DNA of 64,000 bases from Tubiluchus corallicola (Eukaryota > Animalia > Priapulida), in assembly GCA_030141605.1 (NCBI GenBank), contig JAQGDQ010000020.1, forward strand, positions 124,001 through 188,000. Reading direction: 5' to 3'. A program made the position numbers and the translations under genes. Positions 11,501-28,611 of the stretch are shown piece by piece. Every line of letters starts with the position of its first letter. Positions within the stretch are counted from its first letter, which is position 1. The notes below the pieces were generated by a model. It was not told the DNA's origin. It made no database searches and saw nothing but the letters and a program-made list of their open reading frames with translations.

Positions 11501-14500
11501 CAGTTCGGTGCAAGAATTTATGGATAAATTAAGTGATGTAATGTAACGATAGCCAGAATTAGCCTCCCTCCCCAGAGACTTGCTCCCAAATTGTATAATC
11601 GAAGAATGGAGACTGACAGTAAATAAATTTTTTGCATTGGCCATTATCTGCATTTTTGGACAAAGAACATTTTTGGAGAGCTTTTCCCCGCTCCATCGCT
11701 CAAGTTGAACAACTACATTATCAGCATAACATTATAATAGTCATCCTTAAACATACTGCCGTCTTTCAGCATGCTGTTATAAGGTAGATTAATGCAATAT
11801 ATGCTGGAGTAACTCTGTCAAACTTTCAACTCGATTGTTAGTGCAGAGATTTTTCGGATTGCAAAGGGTATTCAAGCAATCGTCTGGGTTGTAGTTTTAA
11901 AATGTTAAGGAATTGTACAGGAAACGGGCCACAATAATCTCAACTGGGGTCATATCGGAAATTCAGCCAAATAACACTTGCATTCCAAACTATAGAACTA
12001 GGAAAACACAAATACGGTTATATTTATCATGACATACAAAGAGCCCGAAAGAAGGTTTGTTTAAAACATCAAGGTGATAGAATAAAGCCCGTCACTGTTA
12101 TTGCTGACTGGCACTGCAGTTAAATATATTATAGGGAAAGTATTGTTAGAATCAAAATTACACTTTCATGAGCTAGGTATTCCGTTGAGTCTTGAAAACT
12201 AAAGTGGTGATCAATTTGTTAGACAAACCTTCAAAAATCCCAAATGACACCTGCAATAAACTTGGCGAAACCTGGAGGAGTTAGTTTGTTACACTATAAA
12301 TAACTAAAGGTATGCGTGTGTCTTTATTTATGTTCTGTATAAAGGATCTAAAGTAGGTATGTTTGCGACAAGTAGCTTGTATGTTAGGTTATTACCACTG
12401 CTTACGCAGTTTGAAAAACAGTATTTGTGTCGCTTAAAATAAACTTTCCATTCAATTCGTAAAAACAATATACAGGATTAAAGCCGGATTTAATAAAGCA
12501 CAAGTTAGATAATGAAGAAACCATGAACGCGGATACGGATATTCGTCCATTAGACAGGTTTTTACGTCAAAGGTTAATATAATCAAAGGCATATAGCATA
12601 TTGCATTTATTATAGCTCCGAGGGACAAAAATCGTAGCTACACTATTATGGAAAGACAGTGGTGGGACCGAGGCACACACTTGCATGTATCATTAAGGAA
12701 TTGACATCTAACGTATTGTCAATCATTTTCGTTAATCGTCCAATCAGCGTGCAATTTATTTCACACACCTGCAGAGTTTAAATAACGCAGGTACGTTCGG
12801 GACATTGAGCTAAAGCTGCGTCTAACACTGTTATGAAAAATGCTCAACTTTTCATTAGTCAGTGGGAGAAATATTGGCCTGGTTCTAGATTTTATTATTG
12901 TCAATTGAAATTGCAAATGAATTAGTGAAAATATATAGTTTAGTTTCGTTTATGGGAAGAAACGCACAACGTTTAACGTCTGTGAGTTGCTGACTAAATC
13001 ATTTTACAGTCAAGAAAATACGCAGTTTAGTTTACTTCACGGCTTTGCAAGTTAGATAAAAACAACTACCGTAAAACGGGGTGAGTTCGCCACTTTTTAA
13101 GGGTATTTTTTTACGTTTCCTGCCATAGCAAGAGAATTACCAAACCGATTTTCTTAGTTCAAGCTTTATATTGCCCTTCGAATAAAACACTATCGTGGGG
13201 TGAATTCGCCACTAACAATTTAACACTGTTTAATGCCATTCTAGGCAGCTGAAATTAACTGGTTGTGATTGGCTGGTTGGGGGTGAGTTCGCCACCCTAT
13301 GAAAAAATTATAAAAAATGTCTAGTTTTAGTTTTCAAATAGAAACTTCTACATTGGCAAGGAAGGCTTGAACGTCTTCTGCACTGATCTTCACGCGGGCG
13401 CCCTTGATGTTGCCAGCCACTCTGAAAACCAGATTGTTCCTTCGGGCGAATGATTTGACAATGTCTATTCCAGGGGTGTTTGCCTTGAATCGTCGTTCCT
13501 GGATTCCCTTCGCGTCAAGAACACTCTTAATCACTAGTCGGAGATCGATGGCAGCCATTGGGAACCCCCACTCAGCGGCCACTGGGAGTGTTGGCGATTT
13601 CGTGCTCCTCGGCGGCGGAGAACACTGGCTGACCTCCGGTCTTCCGGGGATGACTTCCTGAGAGTTTGTCAGAAAGGGTCTTTCTTGGAACTCCGAATTG
13701 CCTCGCCGCTGGGCTGATTGTCCTGTTGGTATTCTTGACGGCATGTAGGGCAGCTTCCAGAGCTTCTGGGGTATAATTTTGGTATCTATGACCCGGTACA
13801 GGGGTGCAGGTGCGTGGCATGTTAAGTAGCAAGAAATAGTAGACAAATAATATGTAGCGCAGAATGGAATACTTCTAGTGCGAATTGAAAGAAGATAACT
13901 GTCGTAAACTGCTTATAATGACGGTGATCATGATATCTGTTCATTAAACACTGAACAATAGTTACAGCAAACCTACAATGGCCAATACGTAAGGGGTGGC
14001 GAACTCACCCTCGGGTGGCGAACTCACCCCGTTTTACGGTATATGATTAACTTTAAATTAGGACAAAACAAAATGTTTTCTTTTCCGCCCAGTTTTTATA
14101 AACCTCAATGAGATCTTCGCAGTCAGAGTTAATTTAAATGTGGTCAAAATCTATATCATAAATCAATATAATATTAGTTAATTTTACACTACTTTTCTGG
14201 TTATAATCATGGTTTGAAGATGCCATTGGGATTATGTAACTCGGGCATTCAATATAAGGGTCGTCTATGGAATGGAACAATCAAATTTGTTCCATTTTCC
14301 TTAGCCTACCAAACGGAAAAATACAAAAACTAAATAAATCTTGCAGACGAGCACATAATCAGTTAATGTAGGAAAAAAAGACATAGTAGGCATGAATGAT
14401 GTTCGTATATTCAAAGGCAAGAGAGACTTAATATTTTTGTTGTTCATTTATTGTAAAGCAAGACTAACTAGCTTAGTTTCTTCATTATACTTATGTCTCT

Positions 14501-17500
14501 TTATTTTGTAGGGCTTTGAAACTTCGTCTCTATATTATGTTTAAACTGATAAGTCATTTTTGGCTACTTGAAGTGTTAATTTCGTGTAAAATTAGCTGCT
14601 GCTCTGCAAATTTGTGTTTATAAAAAAGTACAATGAGTTTATCTGCTGATTAGACATTAGTTGTGACCGTTATGCTGTTTAGTTTAGTTTAGTTTAGTTT
14701 AGTTTAGTTTAGTTTAGTTTAGTTTAGTTGAGACAGTTGTTGTCCAGCGTGAGCTGTTGTGCCGAATGCCGCTGAGCGTGCTTACGTTACAGCGGAGGCG
14801 GAGCGCTAGACCAATATGTTTGACGTCAAATTAATGGCAGCATCGTGTATCCAAGTAGAGTTTTGCTATACTTTCACTAAAACACAAGCCATATTACATT
14901 ACTGCGAGATTTTAATGACACTTGTACTTTTCTCTGACAAGTGCAGCAATTGCTGTGAAGGCATAACTGTCTCCTTTGGCCCTCCAATTCCTCCCATCCC
15001 CTCTCTCTGTGCCCGTCTCCCTGTCTCTTTTTGTCTTCACCTGTCGCTAACTATCTCTCTCTTATCTCGACCTCTCTCTCTCTCTGTCTCAGTGCTTTTT
15101 CCTCCCTCTAACTGTCTGCTTTCTGTCTGTCTGTATATCTCTTTCTTTCTGTTTTCTGCCTGTCATTTCATTCTCTGTTAGCTTCTGCTAGCTGAATTCT
15201 TCTATAATGGCGCATATTATTTAAAAAACTGTTTTCACATCAGTTAACATTTTTTGATTTTTAACGAATTTTCAAGTTACTAACAGTTTATCGTCAATTA
15301 GGCAGGTATGTAACGCATCTTGTCTGTTTAGACGTCGAATTTTCTCTAAATCTGTTTACCTACAACACAGATGACAGAGAAACCGTTCTTGCACAGATCA
15401 CTGCACAGGTAACAATGACCGGATTGGACAAATGGTACTTCAAATGTAGATAAGCAACAGGTGTCCCCAGGCAGTCAATCCCAGGCAGGTAATACCTTAA
15501 TTGGCGAGAATGCTCCTCGTTTTAGAAAAGAAATTGCTGTTTTTAAAGTGTTTCACTTCACGTCAAATGCATTAAAGCTTGTCAAATGTAGCGGTAGGTA
15601 CACCTGCAGGTGTTTATGAGAGAGACTAGTTGGATAAAAACATCAGGGGTTTCCAGAGTATCATCCTCAAATTACCAGGGATGCTGGGAAACCGTCACGC
15701 GTAACCAGATTAACCGTAATGGAAAACGCAAGCATCGATATTCAAAACGCCCACGTGAATAAACTAACAAATTAAATATTTGACAAGGACTAGGAGGTAG
15801 CCACGGCAGCTGTTACATTTTGGCGGAACTGAGATGTCTGTTTGCTGATGATGCGCAATCGCCAGGAGTGAATGATCAGCCAGGTACTAATTTTGTAACT
15901 TCCATAACAGTCGCAATTTCGCTGTAGCAAATTTACCCGGTCAAGCTTCGTCTTATCTGTAAACATTATTAATGCAGCGCAGACTTTACGCGCTGATATT
16001 TTTGTATCTCGAAAAACAAGTTGCAGTTAAGCTTGCAGTTACCTTCTAGAGCAAATACCTTCCATTTATTGAATTACTGATTAATTACAATGCAGTATTT
16101 GCTGGTTTGTCTTACAGGCTGTGTATCTGTACTGTAATTCTTAAACTTGCCGTAATTTAATACACAACTGCCACGACTTTACGACATAAACGTCTTCTGA
16201 ACTAAATAGTAACTATAAGGACAGGTGAAAAGTCGAGTGATTACAGCACTTGCTTGGTAAGTGCAGTTAAGCAACGCACGTGCTGGTTAGAAAATAGGCT
16301 GGTAACCTGGTTCCTCTGAATTCGCTAAAGTTGAGTCGGTATCATTTGCCTTGCTAATTATGACGTTGGTCTCGTTGAGGTGGATGTTTTCCCGTCCTAT
16401 CGTTGCTAAGACACTTCTGCGTTCAATGTCTTATCTTAGAGGCATAATGTAGATAATGAACGAGGTTCCGGTCTCGCTACGTCCATCCTCGCTTAGTAGG
16501 TCCAGTGATGAATACTCGCTTTTTGTGGGATGTTAGTGTGCCGAATTGAGCAAAGGAGGTACTCTACTTTAAATATCTTTTTTAATTTAAGTCATATATT
16601 TTGTTATATAAATTTTTTATTCTTTAAATAATTTATTCAATTTCGACGGCTGTTGGTTTGCCTGTTTTAACAAAAAATCGTTTTATTCCCCGTCTATGTA
16701 GCTCCACGCCATGGCACATTACTATATAATGCATGCAAACATATGTAAATAGTATAAAAGTGCAAATAAAAAAGATATTAATTGTTGTAGAATATGTAAA
16801 TACACTACGCATGGATGCTGCATACTGCACATACGGCTTCAGGCTTTCGCTGCAAACTTGGTAGGCTTCGCGAGGTGGTGTTGCATCACCTCGTTGTAAT
16901 GCGGCAGCTCGCACGGAGCGCCAGTTCTTGGAAAAGTACGTGAATAAGAGTCAAACAAGCCCTATGCACTTCTAAAACAAACATCTTAAACATATCCAAA
17001 CAGCATACGAATGATAAACTTCCCGAAACTCTAACTGGCCGCTTAGTAAGAAATAACAACATTTAATCTATACACGATAGTCGATAGTAGTCAGTTTGAA
17101 ACTATGTAATATCAGTTTGCTATAGACGCTGCTTGAAGAAGTAAAAATCTATGAGTAAGCGAAGTTGTAAACTTTATTTGCAGCTGAATCACTCACTCTA
17201 AAGTAGTTTATGGCCAGCCATAGTCATTTAAAAAGCTTTAGTAAAATTAAGAATTAAATTACGTATAAATTAATGTAGAACAAGAAAGTCCCAAGGTTTT
17301 ATGCACTGTGTATAATTTTTTTAGCTGTTTGCCACAAGTAATTAATAATATCAGTAAATGCTTACAAATAAATGTAAAAGCTTGTCGACACATATCAGCA
17401 GTGAGCTAAGATTTTGCTTTATCTCGAATAGACTCACGTTAGGCGACCTATGGACTTGATTTTCAGTTGACCTTAACTCGTGACCTTAATTTCCAAACTG

Positions 17501-19340
17501 GTGGTTTGTCCACCAAACACGGATCCCCATAACCGCACCGAATTTTGAATAGATCAGCACATGGCAGCGTCAAGCCGTTTATCAGTTTGTTGTAACGGAT
17601 TTCAAAAGGCTTCTGAGATTGCAAGTAACAGAAGATTCTGTTTCTTGAAATTTGATGAGCCAGTTGCTCGCGAAGAAGAAACATCGAATACAAAATAACA
17701 TCAATTGCAAATTTATGATTCAATGTATCGCTTGAGTTAATGCGTTAGTGACTGATGTGAGTTGTATGTGTCATGACTGCATTACTCATTCATCCATATG
17801 ATGCTACTCAAGGCAAGGAAACAATCATGCTGGTTTTATTGTTTACTATGGCAAGCACTTTCATATTTACAAACAGACAAACAAAAGCAAAAAATATACA
17901 TAAAACGAAAAAAAAACACAAATATTGTATAATTATATCGAGAAATAAAATGGTGTGAAAGAAAAAATGAGAAGTATTTTTCACTTTTCGGTTCCCAAAT
18001 TTGACTGCCCTTATCAACGTCATTGTTACTGGCTATTACTGTAATTAATAATGAGATATTGCCCTTACCTTGCCATGTTCTAAATCGAAATTTGCCCAAC
18101 CTCTGTAAGGTTCAAGTTCGCGGTTTCCTGTCCAACCGGGAGGCGCAAACCAAAGTTCCAGGTTTGTTCCAGACGTGACAAAAGCCTGTGAAAAGTAGGA
18201 AGAAAATTAGTTTTCCAAACTGCGATAAATATATTAAATGCAATGCTAACTGGTTTTAAAAAGTAGGAGATTTTAATAAAGTAGCGAAAGTCTAAAACAC
18301 GACAACTTACTATTTCTGCATGTCCTTCTCTACAACCTGTTTCAAATCTGACTATCCTTTCTTCGTGAGGTCTATCTCTAAATGCAGTGTATCTCACCTG
18401 TAACAAAGTAAACCATTAATTTAGCATAGCTTTTTAAGTAACGATAGTGAGAAGTTCGATTAATAGAAGCGTGCCAGGCAGTGCGCTGTTCGCTGAAACC
18501 TACATTTCATATAAAATTTTGTCCGATCCGTTCTAGAGAACATAACTGTATAACATAAGCAAAAATAGTGTAGTCCTAACGAGTTATGTTCCCTTTCTGT
18601 GAGTTTAGAGACCTAATTATTGTTAATGATGTATTATTACATAACGATTGTACGAAGAAGCAGAAATAAGAAAATTACACTAAATCCCTCCATACCACCA
18701 AATGACATCATACACTAAAAAGGCTATGACAAATTCACAATACACTAAAAGTGATTATGACGATGTGACGAAAAACTGCGTTGATTAACATAAAACTCGC
18801 ACATGAATGTGCTAATCGTTGAACATTTAGCATCATCACTAATATGTTTCAGAGTAGCACGTGCTTGAATGCTCAAAGTAAGGCAAGAATGACACACTTC
18901 GTAATTTTACCACATTGGTGCAATGTGATATATTGTAAGTACTATCACATTACATATCACCATAATGAACAGTGGACACTGCGTAGCATATACGGGGTCG
19001 AGTCTGGCTAAACTCATCTTAGTCAGTGAACCAATAGCACAATATTACATTCTTCACAGCTAAACAAGTTGAAACAGGCAAAACGTCAATGCGTGGCATT
19101 AGTAATGACTAAGCAACTATTGACACAAGTAGGTAGCCCGCATATAGTAAATGTACATAGATGTCATTTTGAAATAATTAAACACGCGCTGTTGAAGTTA
19201 CTAAAATGTGATATTTACACATAGTCCTGAACTAATGACACGAATGAAAGAAAAAGCATCACCTCACTTTCTCTGCTAAGTCGCTTAAAAGGTTCTTCTT
19301 GTTCAAATTTTGTCCTCTGATCAGGCACAACACGAGGCAT
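8554..19340 (-). CDS. CBFB: Core-binding factor subunit beta (Runx partner; Brother/Big brother homolog), 6 coding exons, 187 aa from MPRVV
   Basis: Exons, all GT-AG and phase 0: 19340-19263 MPRVVPDQRTKFEQEEPFKRLSRESE; 18397-18311 VRYTAFRDRPHEERIVRFETGCREGHAEI; 18185-18069 AFVTSGTNLELWFAPPGWTGNRELEPYRGWANFDLEHGK; 10882-10766 VHILSHFILDGVCVRWRGWIDSQRLDGIGWLELDEERAR; 9497-9399 NEDVILQEQVEQYNRRLREFEERHRTYKEEQKL; 8619-8554 LTVPESDIRKMELEGSESDSN*. The sequence and the 78/87/117/117-nt exon sizes match the vertebrate CBFB structure as I recall it. The last exon is inferred from splice signals only. In-frame upstream ATGs lie at 19376 and 19388. Confidence 0.95.
11450..12250 (-). mobile_element. Highly degenerate LINE reverse-transcriptase fossil in CBF-beta intron 3
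   Basis: The minus strand reads CYADNVVVQLERWSGEKL near 11731-11680, resembling RT YADD...LxxW...L. A VIWLNF-like stretch lies upstream near 11975. No long ORF remains; boundaries are approximate. Confidence 0.4.
13069..14039 (-). mobile_element. Internally deleted pogo/Tigger-like (Tc1/mariner superfamily) DNA transposon, 971 bp, in CBF-beta intron 3
   Basis: Perfect 25-bp terminal inverted repeats CCGTAAAACGGGGTGAGTTCGCCAC, flanked by TA at 13067-13068 and 14040-14041. Extra subterminal copies of GGGTGARTTCGCCAC occur at about 13198, 13281 and 13996 (inverted). It contains a truncated transposase N-terminus. Confidence 0.92.
13334..13820 (-). pseudogene. Frameshifted, truncated pogo-family transposase (HTH_psq plus CENP-B-type HTH, no DDE domain)
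   Basis: Frame A gives YQNYTPEALEAALHAVK...AARQFGVPRKTLSDKLSG...GGQPVFSAAEEHEIA (psq-type HTH). After a frameshift near 13590, frame B gives AEWGFPMAAIDLRLVIKSVLD...FKANTPGIDIVKSFARRN (CENP-B-like HTH) and stops at 13334. Confidence 0.85.
14677..14729. repeat. (GTTTA)n pentanucleotide microsatellite
   Basis: Direct reading: about 10 perfect units. Confidence 0.95.
14965..15180. repeat. CT-rich low-complexity tract
   Basis: Runs of ctctct, ctgtct and cttt. A similar tract lies at about 24718-24783. Confidence 0.8.
16255..16570 (+). mobile_element. Candidate 5S rRNA-derived SINE (SINE3-like), degenerate
   Basis: 16263-16307 gcagttaagcaacgcacgtgctggttagaaaataggctggtaacc aligns by eye with the 5S internal control region (GAAGTTAAGCAACGTCGGGCCTGGTTAGTACTTGGATGGGTGACC). 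A relatively GC-rich body of about 260 bp follows, containing aacgaggttcc and ending in ctacttt. Confidence 0.4.
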
Positions 19341-19484
19341 GACGGCTGTTGGAGCACCCGTCGAAGTTGACTGCATGGAGTTCACCATTGGAATGGTAAT
19401 GTACGATTACTATCACAGGTGCATGTACTCATCACAAGTCTACAACTTTTCATTCATCATCAGCGGCATGATCATGTGACTAGT

Positions 19485-19600
19485 TTCTGATTGGTGAACG
19501 CGTCTTGCTCAATCGATCGCTAACCACGACAACTTCCGTATATGGCACTCGGCAGCCGTAGGCGGGCTAACGGAAGCGTGACGACATATTCGTAAATGTT
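19485..19600 (-). promoter_or_regulatory. Putative CBF-beta proximal promoter
   Basis: CCAAT box on the minus strand (gattgg, about 19489-19494) within a CpG-rich patch just upstream of the first coding exon. Confidence 0.45.
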
Positions 19601-22050
19601 CGGAATCTCCATATATGGGACATGATTGACAGATTTTACTACGCAGCCTACGATAGTAGTATTGTTTCTGAGCAAAAGCATAAACTGGGACTTGCTGGCA
19701 AATGTGTAGGCAATGACCGTGAAGTAACATTATTATACCTTCACAATTACACATCCCTGGGCGCTGTGTCGTAATTAAACCACGAGATGAGTAATACGTG
19801 AAATGTCACTGTAAACAACATTTTGAAATATTAGAATGCCTATGAATTCGTAATCGGCCCACAGCCTATCATGTTCGTAGTTTTAAATTTGTTAGGTGTA
19901 TCTAACAAAATAGTGCATAGTACTAATAAGGTATACAAATTTGATGTTCGTGAGGATAGCTGAGGTTAACCAGTATGCGGATAAACAGCAACATTATTAT
20001 TACGTATACTAGATACTTTTTAATATGCAAAAACATTTAATATGGTAAGAAATATAGGTGCAATTCATACCGAACCACGTGAAACAAGACATACGCAAAT
20101 GTTGACTCATAACCTTGTTTGTAATTACCATTAAAACAGCCGGAAGCTTTAATACCTTCACTTGCGGTTTGCCATTGTGTGAATGAGTAATAGAGCTTAG
20201 GAATAGCTGTGGGTGTTGCTTGTGAAAGTTTCTGATTAACTAAAATTGTTGGATGGACACGCTCGCATCAAACTGAGATTCACTGACGGGTTTTCAGCGC
20301 TCGTCATCGTAAACCGCACAAAATTCTGGAGTAATTACGAACGTGAAAATTTATTGCGTTTTCTGTTAAATAAGTTATATACTTAGACGGTCAACATGTT
20401 CAAGGAAATAGTAACTTCAAAAACTTCTTTATTATTGAAATAGTATATGTAACTCAGCAAATTTTCTGATATTTATATTAGTAAACTTTTTAATATAGGT
20501 TCTTAATGAGGATTTATGTAGGTACAAAATACTTTTTGTAGCTGATTATTTGAGCAATAAGGATTGGTCTATGCCGGGTGGGCGAGTTTTTATGTGAGTG
20601 ACTAGTGGGTGGCTAAGATCGGTGGTTGACCTGATACGTCACCTTAATTAACCTGAGTGTAAACGTTAGCTAAAGGTATCGTTGCAGTGCTAGATAAAAA
20701 GGAATAAGCCTATAAATATATTTCGTGTAAAACGGTGTAGTAATATACTTTTAATATTTACTGGATTAGCACAACACACGTATTGTAGTCATTATAAATA
20801 CAATTAATACGTTAATATATTACTTGTAATTGTAGAGTACATACATCACTAATAATGAGGTAGTAACAAGACGGAGACTCATATTCTGGTGCACGTAAAC
20901 CCCCTGTACTAAATCAAATGTACATTGAAGTTAATAACAAATGTACAGAATATTTTTATTTTTATGTTGAAACATTGCTAAACGACATTAAAAAACTTCC
21001 TATTTATTTGAACTTAGTAGTTGCTGAATTTATTTTATTCACGTTGATTTTAAAATAAAGTTTTTTTATTGTTATTAAACATTTGAGCCTTATTATACGA
21101 TAGAAAAGTTGGCTCCAACGCAGCCACTTTTTACAAAATGCGTCGCCGTGCATCGCTTAGCAGTGTTTAGCAGTCAGATGTCAATAAATGTTATTTACTT
21201 AGTTATTAGTTAGTTAGCATTAATCAGTTAGTAGTTCATTGACAAAACATAAGTGCAGTCCATAAATTTTAACTTTAAAAAGCAGAACGATTTCAGTATG
21301 ACTACGAAATTTGAAAGCATAAGGTAGCAATTTTACACGATGAATCGCCTGCTTATTAGATATTTTATCATGGTCCTTTAATAATTTGGCCAAATTTGCC
21401 ATCTATAGCTAAGTCAGAAGAAAATGTGTCTCGTAACAACGCAAATCCGATTTTGAGTCCCATTCGCATTTGTCTAGACTTCTGTAATATGTTTCACAAA
21501 AAGCAGTTATTTCTGCATAACTTTTTTAAACAATCAGTTGCCCTATAAACAACGTTTATATATTTGCACCTTTTTATTCATTCAGTTTCAGATATCAAAG
21601 CAAACTGTCCGCTAGTTGCAATATCTAAGAAAAAGTTATGTTTTTATGGAACTCTACATCAGCAGTAATAATTTTACAGTATGTTACATAGTATATTACC
21701 TTTTTATCAGTTGAACTTTGTATCACACGGTTACCGAGTATCTTGCGTTTAATATATACGATGACATGACGCATATATATATATATAGGACCAAAAGAAA
21801 ACTGTGAACTAGCAATTTGTCTTGTACTTATAATGCTTGCAGTCTAAACAAATAATATTCACGGGTATAATCACAGCTTGACTTTTATTTTAATTCATTG
21901 ATTAGCCTGGGTTAAAAAAACGTGCGTCTAAGAAAATAAAATTTGTAATTTTAATATAGATTCGATGAAACATATCATCAGTTACAGTGATTAAGTTTTG
22001 TAGCATTGGCTTGTGACTCATCAGAGTGTTTTCGGCAAAGTCCGGTTCTG

Positions 22051-22100
22051 GACGGGTTTACTTTTACCAGCTAATTTTTGCTAGTAAAAGTAAGCCCATC
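22051..22100. repeat. Imperfect 21-bp inverted repeat (hairpin), probably MITE-derived
   Basis: gacgggtttacttttaccagc / gctagtaaaagtaagcccatc with an 8-nt loop. Confidence 0.65.
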
Positions 22101-22402
22101 TGCACGTTTTCTCAATTTTATCAGTTCTGGATTTTCTTGATTGGGTGTTTTTACTGGTAGATTATTTTTGAGTTTATATGCGTGATTTAAAAAATTGACT
22201 TGCCTCATATCTTATGTATATCAACTAAACATTACCCTCTGAAGTCACGTACAGAAAAGTCTCAAATTAAACTGATTCGAAATAATCTACCATAGTGATT
22301 GTCATATGTAGTCTCTTGTATACGAATTGATTATTACAAACTCTGTTTAGTAAGGACTTTGAATTTTGAGACTGAACTTGCAGAAATATTATTATGATTA
22401 TG

Positions 22403-22542
<140 letters not shown>

Positions 22543-23059
22543 ACAGATGTATATCCGTATTTAGATTAGTTAATTTTTCTTTGGTATAGTGATATGTGTG
22601 TATTGTATGCATGATGTAATATGTAACTCTCATTCTCATAAAATTTCGATTCAATTCATTTTTTCCTTTTTGCAAATGATGTCGCCACCGTGCTGTTCAC
22701 CATAATACGTACTGGAACAAGTACAAGCAACACACTGAAGACTGAACAGAGCTTCTAAAACAGCCATTTATAGATAATGATAACAGGCCAACAACACCCA
22801 CATCAAAAACTAAAAAAGCGTTCGTTCAAAGTTTTAGACTAATTTGTAATCACTTTTGGGTATGTATGTAGACACCTAGAGTACGCGTGAAGGCAGAACA
22901 CTGTACTTTTTAGCGTGATAGGTTAACATTTGGGGGATGATGTGGTTAGAGTAAGGCTACATAATTATAAAACTGATGTATGGTTTTAGATATACGTGCA
23001 TAAATAAATTAAAAATACTTTTCATAAGTATTTAGCTTACAAGGATAAACGAGAAATCA

Positions 23060-23300
23060 TGACGACGCGGCTGATTGACGTTAACTGCAAATATAAGTAT
23101 CCAATTGAGGCCCGCTGGATGGCGCCAAAGGCTTACGTGTTGGATTGGCGCGCATTCCGCTAACTGTAGTAATCTGGGATTCTCAATTCGCGAAAAAATA
23201 GAAGCCTAGCCAATCAGAAGCTAGGGTGGTGACATCATATTCAAATACCTTAGTGGCGAATGAATATTGGGTGTGTAACTGCGTACAAAACCGGTAGCTT
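23060..23300 (+). promoter_or_regulatory. Putative promoter of beta-tubulin gene 1
   Basis: CpG-rich patch with CCAAT boxes (23101, inverted at about 23144, and 23210) and TGACGT/TGACATCA elements, 80-310 bp upstream of the ATG. Confidence 0.55.
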
Positions 23301-23375
23301 TCTATTATTCTGTCACTGTACGCTGAACAACCTGCCATATAAGTTTAATCTCAGAAGGTCTAAAGATTTGTCAAA

Positions 23376-28249
<4,874 letters not shown>

Positions 28250-28605
28250 ACATACAACACATGGTTAATGGCATAATTTCTAATAGATTTGAAATATGAA
28301 TTGTGCAAAGTATTGCATAAAATACCATACTGATCAACGATGATGTAATTTTAGTATTGAATATATCTCTTTTCCTTTAGTTAGTTAAAATGACTTGATT
28401 TAATAATGACAGTTTTGTGAACAACTTGTGAATATCGTCAACTATGCTAAATTTAGTAGAATGCTTACTGTTAAAAGTATTACATAAACTTCATATCAGT
28501 CAATGATTTTGCAATTTCAGTATTGAAGTCTCTTCCCTATTTAATATTTTGCATGTTAATTGTTGAACAATGACAGTTTTTCTTAAGTTTGTGGATATTT
28601 TTCAA

Positions 28606-28611
28606 AATAAA
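28606..28611 (+). terminator. Candidate polyadenylation signal of beta-tubulin 1
   Basis: AATAAA about 360 bp after the stop codon, followed by GT/T-rich sequence. Confidence 0.45.

Noticed and set aside
13069-14039. Repeated 15-16-bp motifs (and the gactcgactt arrays at 58.6-59.6 kb) as a CRISPR-like array
   Set aside because: Irregular spacing, inverted copies, transposon-end context, eukaryotic locus and no cas genes.
14816-15181. 121-aa ORF
   Set aside because: It reads through a CT low-complexity tract that is depleted of stop codons.
5670-20320. Scattered Runx-type sites (TGYGGT) around CBF-beta suggesting autoregulation
   Set aside because: Few and unclustered; the number looks compatible with chance.
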